64,000 bases of DNA from an uncultured Erysipelotrichaceae bacterium (GTDB lineage Bacteria; Bacillota_I; Bacilli_A; RF39; UBA660), in assembly GCA_902793375.1 (NCBI GenBank), contig CADBDE010000004.1:20799-84798 (forward strand). The letters are read 5' to 3'. Under the pieces are notes generated by a model. It was given only the letters and a program-made list of their open reading frames with translations. It did not search any database and was not told where the DNA came from. Position 1 is the first letter of the stretch, and the number at the start of each line of letters is the position of its first letter. Position numbers and translations under genes: made by a program. Positions 19,155 to 30,300 of this stretch are shown here, piece after piece.

Positions 19155-20810
19155 TTACTCCCCTTCTTTTTCATCATCTTTAACTGTATTATCTTTAATA
19201 ACATAAGTAAATACTTTATCTCTAATAACAAAATCTAAATATATTTTATCTGCTAATTTTAGTTTGTCTCTAACTTGAATTAACGCATAATCATTAGTGT
19301 AATATGGGGTAACATCATCAAGTTCTAATCTATTATTATATTCTTTTCCTTTAACTTCAAATCTAATTGATCCAAATTTTGAAATAAATTCATCATTTGT
19401 ATATTTCTTTCCTAACACATCATAATCAAAATCAATCTTATAATTTAATCTTAGTAATGTTAAATCAAATTTTTCAGTTGTTTTAGCAGTAATTGTTTTT
19501 TTAGAATTAATGCATGAAGAATTACTACACTTAATAACATTATAGGAAAAATTATCATTCAAACTTATATCATTTATTGTTATTTTTGTATTTCCTAATA
19601 TACTACCATCAAAAGATAATTCTTTTCCAAGTGTTTGTGTTGTAACATAATCTAATTTATCGTTAAATGTAGTTGGAGATAATCTAACTTTTTTATATTT
19701 GTACTTTAATTCATTTTTTTCATAATACATATCATATAGATATTTTAAAGTAAAATTCTCATCATAATATTCTACTGGTATTTCATATATAAAATTAAAT
19801 ATTCTAGATTCATATGGTTTTATAATTTGACTAAAATAATTAACACCAAATTCAGTGAATTTAGAATTTTCACTGGTAATTGGAGATATTAATTCATAAT
19901 CTCCATAACTAAGTCTTATTTCATTTTTGTCAATTGTATAATCATATGATTGATTATTATTTATTTCAATTTTGGTAATTAAATAAAAATAATCTGAGTT
20001 AAGTTTATTTCCAAAATTATTAGTCTTTGTTTTGTAACTATCTAATACTTTTACCTTTAAAGAATTTGCTTCAAAATATTGATTTTGCTTATAAACTTTT
20101 TCAATACCTGTTACTACTTTTGCTAAAGATAATACTATTACACATCCAACTATTATTTCTAATGTTGTAAAAATATATTTGTTTTCTTTATAAAAATATT
20201 TTGTATATCTTAATCCTTTTCTAATCTTTGCTTTTATTTTATCTTTATCAATTTTTAATTCAAATTCATATTCTTCATTATCTTTTTGTTCAACACCTAA
20301 ATCAAGCAAATCTTTTTTAAAATCAAATTTTGTTACATCAAATCCAAATGCCCTTACAAAGCACATTATCATAACAATAACATTTAATACCATTGTTGAT
20401 CTAAATAAATCTCTTATAATACTGATAAATCTTATACTTTGAGAAGTATATGCTAAGTCTGGTAAAAATGAAGTCATCCATATAATTAATATAGTCAAAA
20501 CTATATAGAAGATTAACATAAAAGTATATAATCTATCTTTTTTCTTTTTATAGTTTAATAAGTAAATAATTGCCCCCGTTAATAATGTCATAAGTAATGA
20601 TACAAGTAAGAATGAAATAGAAGCATATTTAGGTCCTACAGAAGAAGCTTCTTCCATAGTTATTCCATTTTTTATATATGAACCAAAAAATGATACTAAA
20701 GAATTAGTTTTAAGCATTAAGAAAAGAGCACCCATTAATAGTAATGCGTGAATAATTCTAAAATGTTTTACTAAAAAGGCATATGGTCTTCTAAGTATCA
20801 TCACAATCAC
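19155..20810 (-). CDS. polytopic membrane protein with a large extracytoplasmic C-terminal domain
   Basis: About 5 N-terminal transmembrane helices followed by a roughly 330-aa Tyr/Asn/Lys-rich extracellular domain. No family assignment. Confidence 0.45.
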   Translation of the reverse strand: MIVMILRRPYAFLVKHFRIIHALLLMGALFLMLKTNSLVSFFGSYIKNGITMEEASSVGPKYASISFLLVSLLMTLLTGAIIYLLNYKKKKDRLYTFMLIFYIVLTILIIWMTSFLPDLAYTSQSIRFISIIRDLFRSTMVLNVIVMIMCFVRAFGFDVTKFDFKKDLLDLGVEQKDNEEYEFELKIDKDKIKAKIRKGLRYTKYFYKENKYIFTTLEIIVGCVIVLSLAKVVTGIEKVYKQNQYFEANSLKVKVLDSYKTKTNNFGNKLNSDYFYLITKIEINNNQSYDYTIDKNEIRLSYGDYELISPITSENSKFTEFGVNYFSQIIKPYESRIFNFIYEIPVEYYDENFTLKYLYDMYYEKNELKYKYKKVRLSPTTFNDKLDYVTTQTLGKELSFDGSILGNTKITINDISLNDNFSYNVIKCSNSSCINSKKTITAKTTEKFDLTLLRLNYKIDFDYDVLGKKYTNDEFISKFGSIRFEVKGKEYNNRLELDDVTPYYTNDYALIQVRDKLKLADKIYLDFVIRDKVFTYVIKDNTVKDDEKEGE

Positions 20811-20894
20811 CCTACTATAATATAGTATACAATATTTTTGAAAATGAATAAAGATAAAATAAAAAAAAGTAAATGCTTTTTACATTTACATTTT

Positions 20895-22121
20895 TTATTT
20901 TAAATATACATCAAAAATATTTTCATAATTATATATAAATTCATTTCCAGAAATCATTTCAATATTACCATAATTATTATATTTGTAAATAGATTTTTCT
21001 TTAACAAAGTATATATTATCTCCTTTTATTACAATATTATGAATATCTAAATTGCTAAATAATAGTATAGATATATCTGGAAAATCTTTATATACTAAAT
21101 AATAATTATTATCTTTTAAATAAACAGAATAATAATCTCCTAATATTATTGAATCATATTCTATTTCAGAATAAGCATCTTTATTATCTTCAAATTTTAC
21201 TTCTGTTTTTTCTAAATCATATACTGATATAGATTTTTTTTCACCATTAATATAAGTAATTCCTTCTTCATTTACTGTACCTATAATATTTACTTCATCA
21301 TTAAATGGATCTATTTCAAGTTGTCTTTTATTACTTATATCAAAAATATACATTTTATTGTCATGAACTCCATTTACATATGATTGCTTTGATACTTCAA
21401 CAGGTAACGGAATTTCTTTTTTAATACCATCAATTACATCATATTTAATTATTTTATTATAAGTAGGAAGAGATGTTAATCTTGGAATAACATAATAATT
21501 TCCTACTAAAGAACCATAAATATTTTTATAATTATCTAAACTAGAAAATGCAAAGTTTCGTGAAAAACTAGAATAATGAAGTGACATTTGTTTATATCCA
21601 TAAACCATTATTATTTCGTTTTTATCAAAATAATCTCTATTAATAAGTAAATCTCCAACTATACTTTTTGAACTATCTTTACTATATCTCTCAATATTAT
21701 TATCCTTCATTTTACCAATATAATCACTAAAATCTAAATCATTTTTTAAATTATTATATGAGTAAATAACTCCATCTTTTTCACATTCAGGAAATGAATA
21801 ATTTCCAGTTCCAACTAAATTTAATCCAATACAATAATAACCATTTTGTTCAATTATTTCTAAATCTTCTACAATATTCTTTTGTTTATTATAATTATTA
21901 TCTATTTTATAAACAAATCTTTTATCGTCATTTGATACTTTTATTAAATAATAATCTTTTCCATTTTCCTTAATATATTTTTCATCAATAGTAAAAGACT
22001 CTTCTCCACTATTAATATAATATGTAATTTCATGCTTACTCTTCATCATTGTTATTACATATTGATATACTAAAAACACTATTAACAATATTAATGTAAA
22101 AGAAATTGTTCTTTTTAACAT
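20895..22121 (-). CDS. hypothetical secreted or membrane-anchored protein (408 aa)
   Basis: N-terminal signal or anchor (ISFTLILLIVFLVYQYVI). The mature part is Tyr/Asn-rich. Confidence 0.4.
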   Translation of the reverse strand: MLKRTISFTLILLIVFLVYQYVITMMKSKHEITYYINSGEESFTIDEKYIKENGKDYYLIKVSNDDKRFVYKIDNNYNKQKNIVEDLEIIEQNGYYCIGLNLVGTGNYSFPECEKDGVIYSYNNLKNDLDFSDYIGKMKDNNIERYSKDSSKSIVGDLLINRDYFDKNEIIMVYGYKQMSLHYSSFSRNFAFSSLDNYKNIYGSLVGNYYVIPRLTSLPTYNKIIKYDVIDGIKKEIPLPVEVSKQSYVNGVHDNKMYIFDISNKRQLEIDPFNDEVNIIGTVNEEGITYINGEKKSISVYDLEKTEVKFEDNKDAYSEIEYDSIILGDYYSVYLKDNNYYLVYKDFPDISILLFSNLDIHNIVIKGDNIYFVKEKSIYKYNNYGNIEMISGNEFIYNYENIFDVYLK

Positions 22122-22136
22122 TTACATCACACCTCT

Positions 22137-23060
22137 TTATAAACTTAATAAAAATATTTCAAACAATAAATTGGAATCACCATTACCACTTTTAATTCTA
22201 TAATCAATTTCAGCAAGTGAATCTATTAACGATAGCAATTTCTTTGAACTATAATTATTACAATTTTCCATTGCTATTGAAACAGCATATGGTTTAATAC
22301 CTAATATTTCAGATATTTCAATTTGTTTATACTTCTTTTCAATCAATACTTTAACACTATATAGATTTCTAATACTTCCTGCTACACTTGCAATAATATT
22401 AACAGAATCCTTTTCTTTTTGAATTAATCTATGATATAATTCAAACATTTTATTTTTATTATTTCTTATAATAGCATTTACTAAATCAAAAATATCATCA
22501 TTATAATCTCTAACTACTATATTATTAATATCTTCAATGCTTACATTTTTATTCTCTTCATCATATTTATAATTCTTTATTTTTTCTAATTCATTTAATA
22601 TTTTTTCATTGTTATTTAAACAATAATTACAAAAATATTTAATTGTATTATTATCCATCTTCAAAAAGTCTAAATTATTTAATACTATTTTATCTGATTC
22701 CATCCTATTATTAATAATTGTAACATTTTCTTTTAACAATTCTTTAATATCTTTTTTTTCACTTATAGAATCATTAATCATAATAAAATAGTTATCACTT
22801 GGATTAATTAAATATTTTTTTAATTCTTTTATACTTTTATCAACTTCTTTATTTAAAAAAGAACAATCTTCATAAATAATTAATTTACAATTTGATAATA
22901 GATTATAAGTGTTTAAATCTTCTAAAACATTATTAATTGTAATATCAGGATAATTATATCTAACAATCTCTAAATCTTTTATATTTATTTTTTTAATAAT
23001 ACTTTTAATACTTAAATCAATGGTTACTTTATCATCAGAAATAATTACATAATTATTCAT
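22137..23060 (-). CDS. holA: DNA polymerase III delta subunit (HolA)-like
   Basis: CKLIIYEDCSFLNKEV...YLINPSDNYFIMI...KKDIKELLKENVTII parallels the HolA/YqeN N-terminal pattern (LYGxEpFLl...YLxNPSxxthLVl...RKKltKllK). The C-terminal region IFDLVNAII...NIIASVAGSIRNLYSVK...EIDYRIKSG resembles delta domain III. Confidence 0.6.
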   Translation of the reverse strand: MNNYVIISDDKVTIDLSIKSIIKKINIKDLEIVRYNYPDITINNVLEDLNTYNLLSNCKLIIYEDCSFLNKEVDKSIKELKKYLINPSDNYFIMINDSISEKKDIKELLKENVTIINNRMESDKIVLNNLDFLKMDNNTIKYFCNYCLNNNEKILNELEKIKNYKYDEENKNVSIEDINNIVVRDYNDDIFDLVNAIIRNNKNKMFELYHRLIQKEKDSVNIIASVAGSIRNLYSVKVLIEKKYKQIEISEILGIKPYAVSIAMENCNNYSSKKLLSLIDSLAEIDYRIKSGNGDSNLLFEIFLLSL

Positions 23061-23493
23061 TTTTTTCTTCTTTTGGATATTTCTTTTTTAATGCAATCAT
23101 TGATTCACTTATATTTGTTTCTATTTCATTTAGAGCTGCTTTATCGACATTCGAAAAAATAATTTCTTCCTTAATAGTATCAATAACTACTTTACCCCAG
23201 ATTAATCCTGCTCTGATATTTAAATCATTATACATATATGGCATAACAGAATCGAGCATATATCCAAAAACCACTCTTTTTCTTCCTATTAAAATTCTTT
23301 TATTAGTAATAGCAACAATACCAGTAGAAAAGAAATCATAAAATTTATTATTCTTTTGTCCAGTAAAAACATATTTTACTTCTTCATCTGGATTCAAATG
23401 CATCTCAACAACTTTAGCATTTGCTTTTAATCTCCATGCTACAGTTAATGGATACTTTTTCTTAAATCTTTTTACATTTTGAAGAATACTCAT
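23053..23493 (-). CDS. bacterial PH-domain (YdbS/YdbT-like) protein
   Basis: 146 aa with a GIVAITNKRILIG core typical of bPH_2 domains. It overlaps holA by 8 nt and is probably co-transcribed. Confidence 0.4.
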   Translation of the reverse strand: MSILQNVKRFKKKYPLTVAWRLKANAKVVEMHLNPDEEVKYVFTGQKNNKFYDFFSTGIVAITNKRILIGRKRVVFGYMLDSVMPYMYNDLNIRAGLIWGKVVIDTIKEEIIFSNVDKAALNEIETNISESMIALKKKYPKEEKNE

Positions 23494-23506
23494 CTTATCA
23501 CCTCAT

Positions 23507-24124
23507 TTATAAAATACTATTAATTATGCCATCAACAAACTCTTTAATTTTTCTAAAAATAGATGCAAAGAAATCAATAATCATATCAATTAGACTCTTA
23601 GATTTACTTTCTTCATCTTCTTTTATTTCTTCTTTTTCTTCTTTAATATCATCTTTCCAAATACCATTTTTTCTATCTTTTGCAAATTGCTGTGCATCTT
23701 TTATTGTTTTAGCATATATATAATTATCTTCAATATACATTGCTCTAGCATAGCCATTTTTAACTAAATCTTCTTGTAATAATAAATCATCTACAAAAAC
23801 CCATGCCTGAATTCGACCAAACTTATCTTCCTTTTCTATATTTGGTTCATATTGAATCTTAATTTGTTTTGCATTTGTTAATGCACTACAAACATATTCA
23901 CTAACAAAGCTTCCATTTATTTCATCATTTTCATTATCAATTATTTTTTCTTCTAATTGAATACCAATAAATTTAACTTTTATTTCACTAACTCCAAGAA
24001 TAAATCTCGCTGACTCAGAATTAACACAACCACTAAGTCTAACGATATCTTCCTGTTCACTAGCATTTGTTTTTATAGGAAGTATTAATACTAAAATAAT
24101 TATTATTAAAAATAATTTTTTCAT
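23507..24124 (-). CDS. secreted SNase (thermonuclease)-like protein with degenerate catalytic and Ca-binding residues
   Basis: Signal peptide MKKLFLIIIILVLILPIKTNA. The C-terminal half KFGRIQAWVFVDDLLLQEDLVKNGYARAMY...AKDRKNGIWK matches the SNase fold signature. The DGDT and RLxGIDxPE motifs are replaced by SGCV and KVKFIGIQLEE, and there is an acidic tail. Confidence 0.55.
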   Translation of the reverse strand: MKKLFLIIIILVLILPIKTNASEQEDIVRLSGCVNSESARFILGVSEIKVKFIGIQLEEKIIDNENDEINGSFVSEYVCSALTNAKQIKIQYEPNIEKEDKFGRIQAWVFVDDLLLQEDLVKNGYARAMYIEDNYIYAKTIKDAQQFAKDRKNGIWKDDIKEEKEEIKEDEESKSKSLIDMIIDFFASIFRKIKEFVDGIINSIL

Positions 24125-24144
24125 AATACATCCTTTCTAAATTA

Positions 24145-26595
24145 TTAATCATCAAAGAAATCATCAAAAAATTTATCTTCATCTGAAACATCATCTAATT
24201 TAATAGTTGGTGTTGGTTTCATTGTATTATTTTTTGGTTCTTCTTTTGTTTCTTTATATTGATGTAAGTCATATTCAAGAGACTTAAGAAGTTCTTCATC
24301 TTCTTTAGAATCTTTATATGGTTCAAATCTTTCATCATTATTCTTTGTTTCTTTAATTTCTTTATCTTCGTTTTTAATATCTTCATCAAAGTCTAAATTA
24401 TTTAATTTATCATTTATTTTCTTTTCTAACTCTTCATTCGAAATAATAAAATCGTCATCAATATTGTCATCAAAATCATCATCATCTAGTTTTTCTATTT
24501 TTTCTACTTTATTATAATCTGAAACAGTCTTAGGAGAATACTCTACTCTTTCCTTAATAGACTTATCTTCATTATGATTATAATTATTGATAGTGATATT
24601 ATTAATCTCTTTAGGTTCAGATTTCTTTTCTTCAACAACAGCTTCCTTAGTTTTTGCTGCCTCTTTCTTTTTCTTAGCTTCTTGTTCTTCTTTTTCTATT
24701 TCAGCTAATTTTTCATCAATCTTTCTTACCAAATCATTAACTGATAATTCTGGTTTCTTTCTATCCATCATAGAAGATGGTCCAAATGGTAAATCCATTC
24801 CCCTTTCAAATGGTGAAGGAATAGCTGGTCCACCACTATGATTATCTTCTCCAAGACTTGCCATCATTTCATTTATTTTTTTATTTTTTTGTTCTTTTAC
24901 AAACTCTCTTATATCAAAAATTGCAACTGGTTTTTTTTCTCTTACTGGATAATCAATTTTTGGAGATTTACAAGCACCCCAATCAATTTTAAAATCAGGA
25001 ACAAATGATGTTTTAAAAGGATTCTTTCTCATTCTTAATAAGATATGATCAAATTGTTTCATTCTTTGTAAGTCACTAACAGTAACAAGTGGAGTTGATG
25101 CTGTTTTATCATCTTTTTTAGATTTCTTTTCTCCACACAACTTACTTATTTCTTCAAGAGCTGCAAGCTCAGTTGAAATTAAATATATAATATTTCCACA
25201 GTTTCCTTTTATTGTTTCAGCATCATCTTTACCATAAACTTTATTTAACTGAGCGAAGTTCTGAATAATCATTGTAAATCTTATTTGTCTTGAACGAGCT
25301 GCAGTTATCATTGTAGTAACGTCTTTTAAAGGTGGCATATTTGCAAACTCATCAAGTAAGAAATTAGTTCTTACGGGAAGTGCTCCGCCATTTGTTTGAG
25401 CAACATCAATTAAAGTTTCATAAATTTGCTTAATTAGAATTGTTGCAAGTGAGTGATATGTCTTCTTTTCATCTTGAATTATTATGAAAAGTGCTGTTGG
25501 TTGTTTTCCAATTGAATCCATTTGGAAATCACTATAACTTAGCATTTCAGATAGATTTTCACGAGATGCAAACAATTTAACTTTTTGTTTAAATACAGAA
25601 ATAATTCCACCCTTAGTTTCACTTGGAGCCATAACAGTACCACTAGCATTTACGTAAGCAGCGCTTGCAGGATCTTTCATATTAAAATATTCTTTAATAT
25701 AAGTAGATCCACCAAATTTATCTTCTCCAACTGTTGCTGTCATATTAATACTATTGATATTAATTTTATCTTCAGTAGTATCTTCAAACATAGCAAGTGC
25801 AATACCTGAAAAATAGTCAGCAGCTGTTTTTTCCCAGAATGGATCATTATTTGCACTTGTTTCATCATACAAAATATTTAACGCAAGGTCATCAAGCAAC
25901 TCAATTGCTTTATCTTGATTACCATTTTTATATAATCTATAAGGAAGTTCTAGTGGATTCCAACTATTACCATTTTGTGGGTTACGGAAGTTTAATAAGA
26001 TAATATTATAACCATTTTTCTTAAGTAATCCACCTGCTTTTTCATATATTTCACCCTTTGGGTCAGTTACTACAACTGATTCACCTTTTTTTGCAAGAAC
26101 TTTGATGGTTGGTAAAATTGTATCTTGAGTTTTACCACTACCAGTAGCACCAATAACTAAAGTATGATAAGAACCATCATCTACCCATAATTCATTTCCA
26201 TCACTAATTAAAGGTACACCAGCATACTCTGATTTTAAAGCACCTGCTTCTACTCTTTTTACATCTTTATCCAATTTTATTTCTTTTGCTTTTGCCCAGT
26301 GACTATATCCTCCACCAGACTTTTCTCCGATGTTAATTCCAACGCCTTCCTCAAATTCAAAGAAATATGAATTTACACTCATAATCAATCCACCTAAAGC
26401 AATTAGATAAAATACAATTGTATAATATATATACTCAGGAGAAAAAGCTTCTAATGGATTTAATCCATAGAACACCCCTTCGCTTGCTAATTTTGGAATA
26501 TTTAATACTCCTAAAGCAATAACATACAATAAAAATGCTGCAAAAATTAAAAATATAATTACATCTCTTGTAGTTGCAACAAACTTGAATTTCAT
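24145..26595 (-). CDS. type IV secretion coupling protein (VirD4/TraG/TcpA-like T4CP)
   Basis: Two N-terminal transmembrane helices, Walker A VIGATGSGKTQDTILP and Walker B NFLLDEFANMPP. The last ~200 residues are acidic, low-complexity and D/E/K-rich. Confidence 0.8.
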   Translation of the reverse strand: MKFKFVATTRDVIIFLIFAAFLLYVIALGVLNIPKLASEGVFYGLNPLEAFSPEYIYYTIVFYLIALGGLIMSVNSYFFEFEEGVGINIGEKSGGGYSHWAKAKEIKLDKDVKRVEAGALKSEYAGVPLISDGNELWVDDGSYHTLVIGATGSGKTQDTILPTIKVLAKKGESVVVTDPKGEIYEKAGGLLKKNGYNIILLNFRNPQNGNSWNPLELPYRLYKNGNQDKAIELLDDLALNILYDETSANNDPFWEKTAADYFSGIALAMFEDTTEDKININSINMTATVGEDKFGGSTYIKEYFNMKDPASAAYVNASGTVMAPSETKGGIISVFKQKVKLFASRENLSEMLSYSDFQMDSIGKQPTALFIIIQDEKKTYHSLATILIKQIYETLIDVAQTNGGALPVRTNFLLDEFANMPPLKDVTTMITAARSRQIRFTMIIQNFAQLNKVYGKDDAETIKGNCGNIIYLISTELAALEEISKLCGEKKSKKDDKTASTPLVTVSDLQRMKQFDHILLRMRKNPFKTSFVPDFKIDWGACKSPKIDYPVREKKPVAIFDIREFVKEQKNKKINEMMASLGEDNHSGGPAIPSPFERGMDLPFGPSSMMDRKKPELSVNDLVRKIDEKLAEIEKEEQEAKKKKEAAKTKEAVVEEKKSEPKEINNITINNYNHNEDKSIKERVEYSPKTVSDYNKVEKIEKLDDDDFDDNIDDDFIISNEELEKKINDKLNNLDFDEDIKNEDKEIKETKNNDERFEPYKDSKEDEELLKSLEYDLHQYKETKEEPKNNTMKPTPTIKLDDVSDEDKFFDDFFDD

Positions 26596-26673
26596 AATAA
26601 ATTCACTTCCTTAAACTTATTTAAAATAATATCATATTAACCCCATTTTTTCAATAATTATAACGTTTTATCA

Positions 26674-27384
26674 TTAATTTCTTCTTGTTGTAATAATGAA
26701 TCCAATTATAAAGATTAAAAAGCATCCTAAAGCAATTAATAATATAACTGGGTTAATGTTTTTTTTCTCAACTTTATCTAAAACAGTTTGAGTATCTAAC
26801 GTAATATACAATTCTTCTTTACTACTTTTATCATCTTTAGATATTTCCCAGATATATTTTCCATCATCTTTCTTTTTTAAATTTGTAGATAAAACTTTAT
26901 AATTTGTATTTATATTTAGTTCTATATCATTTAATACTTCATAATCATTAAAATAATTCTTAGGAGATTTTCCACTTATTTTTAATACTTTTCCACTATA
27001 TTGAACAGAAAAAGCAGGAATTAACTCGTTTGCAATTGTTGAAAAAGTCATTTCACTAAAATCAAATTCATGACTAAGTTTAAATCCTACTTTCCCATCT
27101 TCATTAATATACTTTTTATCATAATATACACAATTATTAGTACATTCATTTTGTGAATGATATCCATTATAGTCAATATTTATATCTTGTTCTTCTCCAT
27201 ATAGTTTTGCATAATCATAAAAACTTTTTCCTGTTTCATCTTTAATATCTAAATTGTTAGAATTATTTTCTATAATTGACAATTCTTCTGTAATTTTCTC
27301 ATTTTCAATTGTTAAAGAATACTTTGCATTACATCCAGTTAAAACAATTGTTAATAATAAACTTATAATTAAAAATCTAGTCTT
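26674..27384 (-). CDS. lipoprotein with a C-terminal transmembrane anchor (possible T4SS accessory protein)
   Basis: Lipobox LLLTIVLTGC after MKTRFLIIS, and a C-terminal helix ILLIALGCFLIFIIGFII. The start is taken at MKTRF, with a GGA-rich region upstream. The track's longer start at 27444 would overlap the upstream gene. Confidence 0.45.
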   Translation of the reverse strand, partial: KTRFLIISLLLTIVLTGCNAKYSLTIENEKITEELSIIENNSNNLDIKDETGKSFYDYAKLYGEEQDINIDYNGYHSQNECTNNCVYYDKKYINEDGKVGFKLSHEFDFSEMTFSTIANELIPAFSVQYSGKVLKISGKSPKNYFNDYEVLNDIELNINTNYKVLSTNLKKKDDGKYIWEISKDDKSSKEELYITLDTQTVLDKVEKKNINPVILLIALGCFLIFIIGFIITTRRN

Positions 27385-27397
27385 CATAATTATCTCC

Positions 27398-30300
27398 TTA
27401 CCAAGATAACGAATTTCTATTTGATTCATTTGCATAATAATCATCTAAAAGCATTACTTCATATGTTTTTTGGCTTGAACCTAATAATTCTGACTTTGAA
27501 ATATTTCTTGTTTTACTGCCGTTTTCTGCAATATTAATGGCATTATCTGTTTTTCCAACGATCAACATAATATGATCAGCTCCACCTCTTAAATTATCAG
27601 AAAACAATAAATCTCCAGGTTTTATTGAATCAAATGCTTCTTCTGCAGAAGATATTGAAGTACTTCCTGCTGTTACTCTAAAATTAGGATATAGAGTTAT
27701 CCTAACACTACCAGGGTACAAACTTGCATCAAACATACCAACAGCATATGTAGAACCTTTTGTGCACCAGTCCATTCCACCATTACATAAGGCCCATCTA
27801 ACAGATGTTGCACAGTTAAGTCCGCTTCCTGCGCCTCCCCAGGCACCATTAACACCAAGCTTTCCATTTATATCTGGATTTCTTCCTCCATCTACTCTTC
27901 CACCTTGATGATCATATGGATATGTGTATCCACCAGTCATATCTGAAGTACATTTTAATAGTTGGAAACCTGCTTCTACTACTGCTTCTCTAGTTCCCAT
28001 TCCAGCATTTGAAACTTGTTCACCAATACAGTTATTTAAATCTCCAATAGTATGACCTGTTTTACTTACAGCATTTCCTATTGTTGCTCTTATAGGGGTA
28101 CCACCAACTATTTCCATATGATTATGTTCTTCATTAAATTCTCCTGAAGAACTGCCACTATTTCCGCTTCCTTTTCCACTTTCATTATCTCGTTTATAAA
28201 TGGCATAATTTGGACATTCTCCTTCTTTGATACTATCTTCTAGTCTTTTAAAGCTAACACCATAACTAACATTTCCTCTTTCAAGGAATAATTTAATTAA
28301 TGCGTGAGCATCATAACCAAATTTTGAGAAATATGCCATTCCATGTTGACTAACTCCTCTTCCATGTCCTCCAGTTGCATGATATTTATATCCGTATAAC
28401 ACGTTTCCATCTTCATCTGTTTTGCTACTTCCAGTTGGAGTCCAACAAGTTTCAGTTGTTGTTTGAGCTGGTTTTCCAACTTTCTTTCTTAATAAATTTT
28501 CTAAAGTATCTGAATACTGTGTACCCGGCATATCGTTATTACTTTGGAAACAAGGGCATTCTGCTCTTTTTCTTGAACTATCTGTAAGATATGAATCCTT
28601 TATAGGTAAATTTCTTTGTCCATCTGGTAAGTAATAGAATCCATTTATTGGTTTACTAGTTGTTGGACAAAAAGCATCATATTCTGTTTCTAAAACATTA
28701 TCTTTATCATATGGTGTTACAACGATTCCTCTAGTTTCTGTAACTGCTTTATATATTTCAGGATAATGTATTTTAGGATAATCAGGATCATAATTTGGAT
28801 TATCTTTCTGATCTTCATAACTTGGATCATATGTTGGATTATATTTCCACCACCAACATCCCATTGTTTGAGTACCAGTTATAACATCTGCACCACGTTC
28901 AACAATATTATAATAAGCTTCACTTCTTGTAAGTATAGCTTGTGCTTTTGCTACTTCTCCTGAAGTATTAAATGTTGCTAAAACTGATCCACCCACAAAA
29001 ATATCTTCAAAGTCTAATGTATAAATTGGGGAGTTTGGATCTTCTCTAAATTTAATTTTATCAAGTCCTCCCTTAATTACTGGATATCCATTACAATCTT
29101 TTCTAATTGATTCATAATAAGAATATATATCATTTGTAACTTCAATTATTGTTTTCTTATTAATCTCATAGTTTTTATCTAAATCATTGTCCCCTTCACT
29201 ACTTAAATAATCTTTTAAATATTTATGAATAAATCCATTTTTATTTAATAAATTCCAAAAATATACTCCACCACTATCAGGATCTTTTACATATTCATAT
29301 TCATTATCTTTATTATTAGTTAAGTAATTTTTTCCTTGTTTTGTTGATAAAACTCTAACGGTAGGTACTATAGATAATTCTCCATTTGGAGCATCAGTAC
29401 ATTTTGCATTTACTTCTGCACCTACAGCATCTCTAAATCCTTTAAACCAGTTAACTGGGTTTAACCATCCATACCATGGAAATTCATTTGTTTCTAAATC
29501 ATTTTGAGCATACTGTTCCATTGTTTGTTTTGAACCACAATTCACTTTTATTTCATTTTGATTATTTATATAAGTTAAAAGTTGCATTTTAGAAAGAAGC
29601 TCCGCTTGATCTCCCCATGAAGATAAAAATTCTTTCCAAGTTACTATTTTTCCATTAAAAGAATAACATTTATCTTCACCACATGATGATTCATTTTCAA
29701 TTGGTTGTATTATTTCATTATTTATTGGAGTTATTAAAGTAGCAATAATAAGATATCTATCAATTTCAACTTTATATTGATCACTAACTTTATTAACTTT
29801 ATCAACTATTTTTTCATATAATCCTGGATAATTTGCAAAAATATTTACAATTTTGTCATCTTCTATATAACTTTCAGATTGTACTGTCCCACCATTTTCA
29901 TTACTATAAATCTGACTATCAGCAGTTTTTGCTAGCATGATTACTAAGAAAAACACTAATAATATAGGTAAACAAAATCCAAAGAAAAATAATAATGCAG
30001 TTATTTTTCTCTTATCTTTTTGTATTTCACGTTTAACATTTCTTATCCCTTCAGATTCAGTATCAGCTTTGGTATAAGCATCTAAATACTTTTGTCCTTT
30101 AGGTGTATTCAAGGCAGCTTTTGTTGCTAATTCAGCAACAGGACCTGCTGTGCTTGCAGCTTTTGTTATTGCTTTTTTTGCTGATTCTTTCTTTTGTTTT
30201 TGTTTTACTTGCTCCATTTTGGATTTCATTGCACCAGTTTGATCTATTCCATTTTTGTAATTATTAGAAGCATTATATCCATTGTTGCTATAAAGTGGCT

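Noticed and set aside
28297-28963. Short ORFs 28297-28479 (-), 28375-28587 (+) and 28766-28963 (+) inside the 1001-aa hydrolase gene
   Set aside because: They are embedded in, or antisense to, a well-supported long ORF. There are no start signals.
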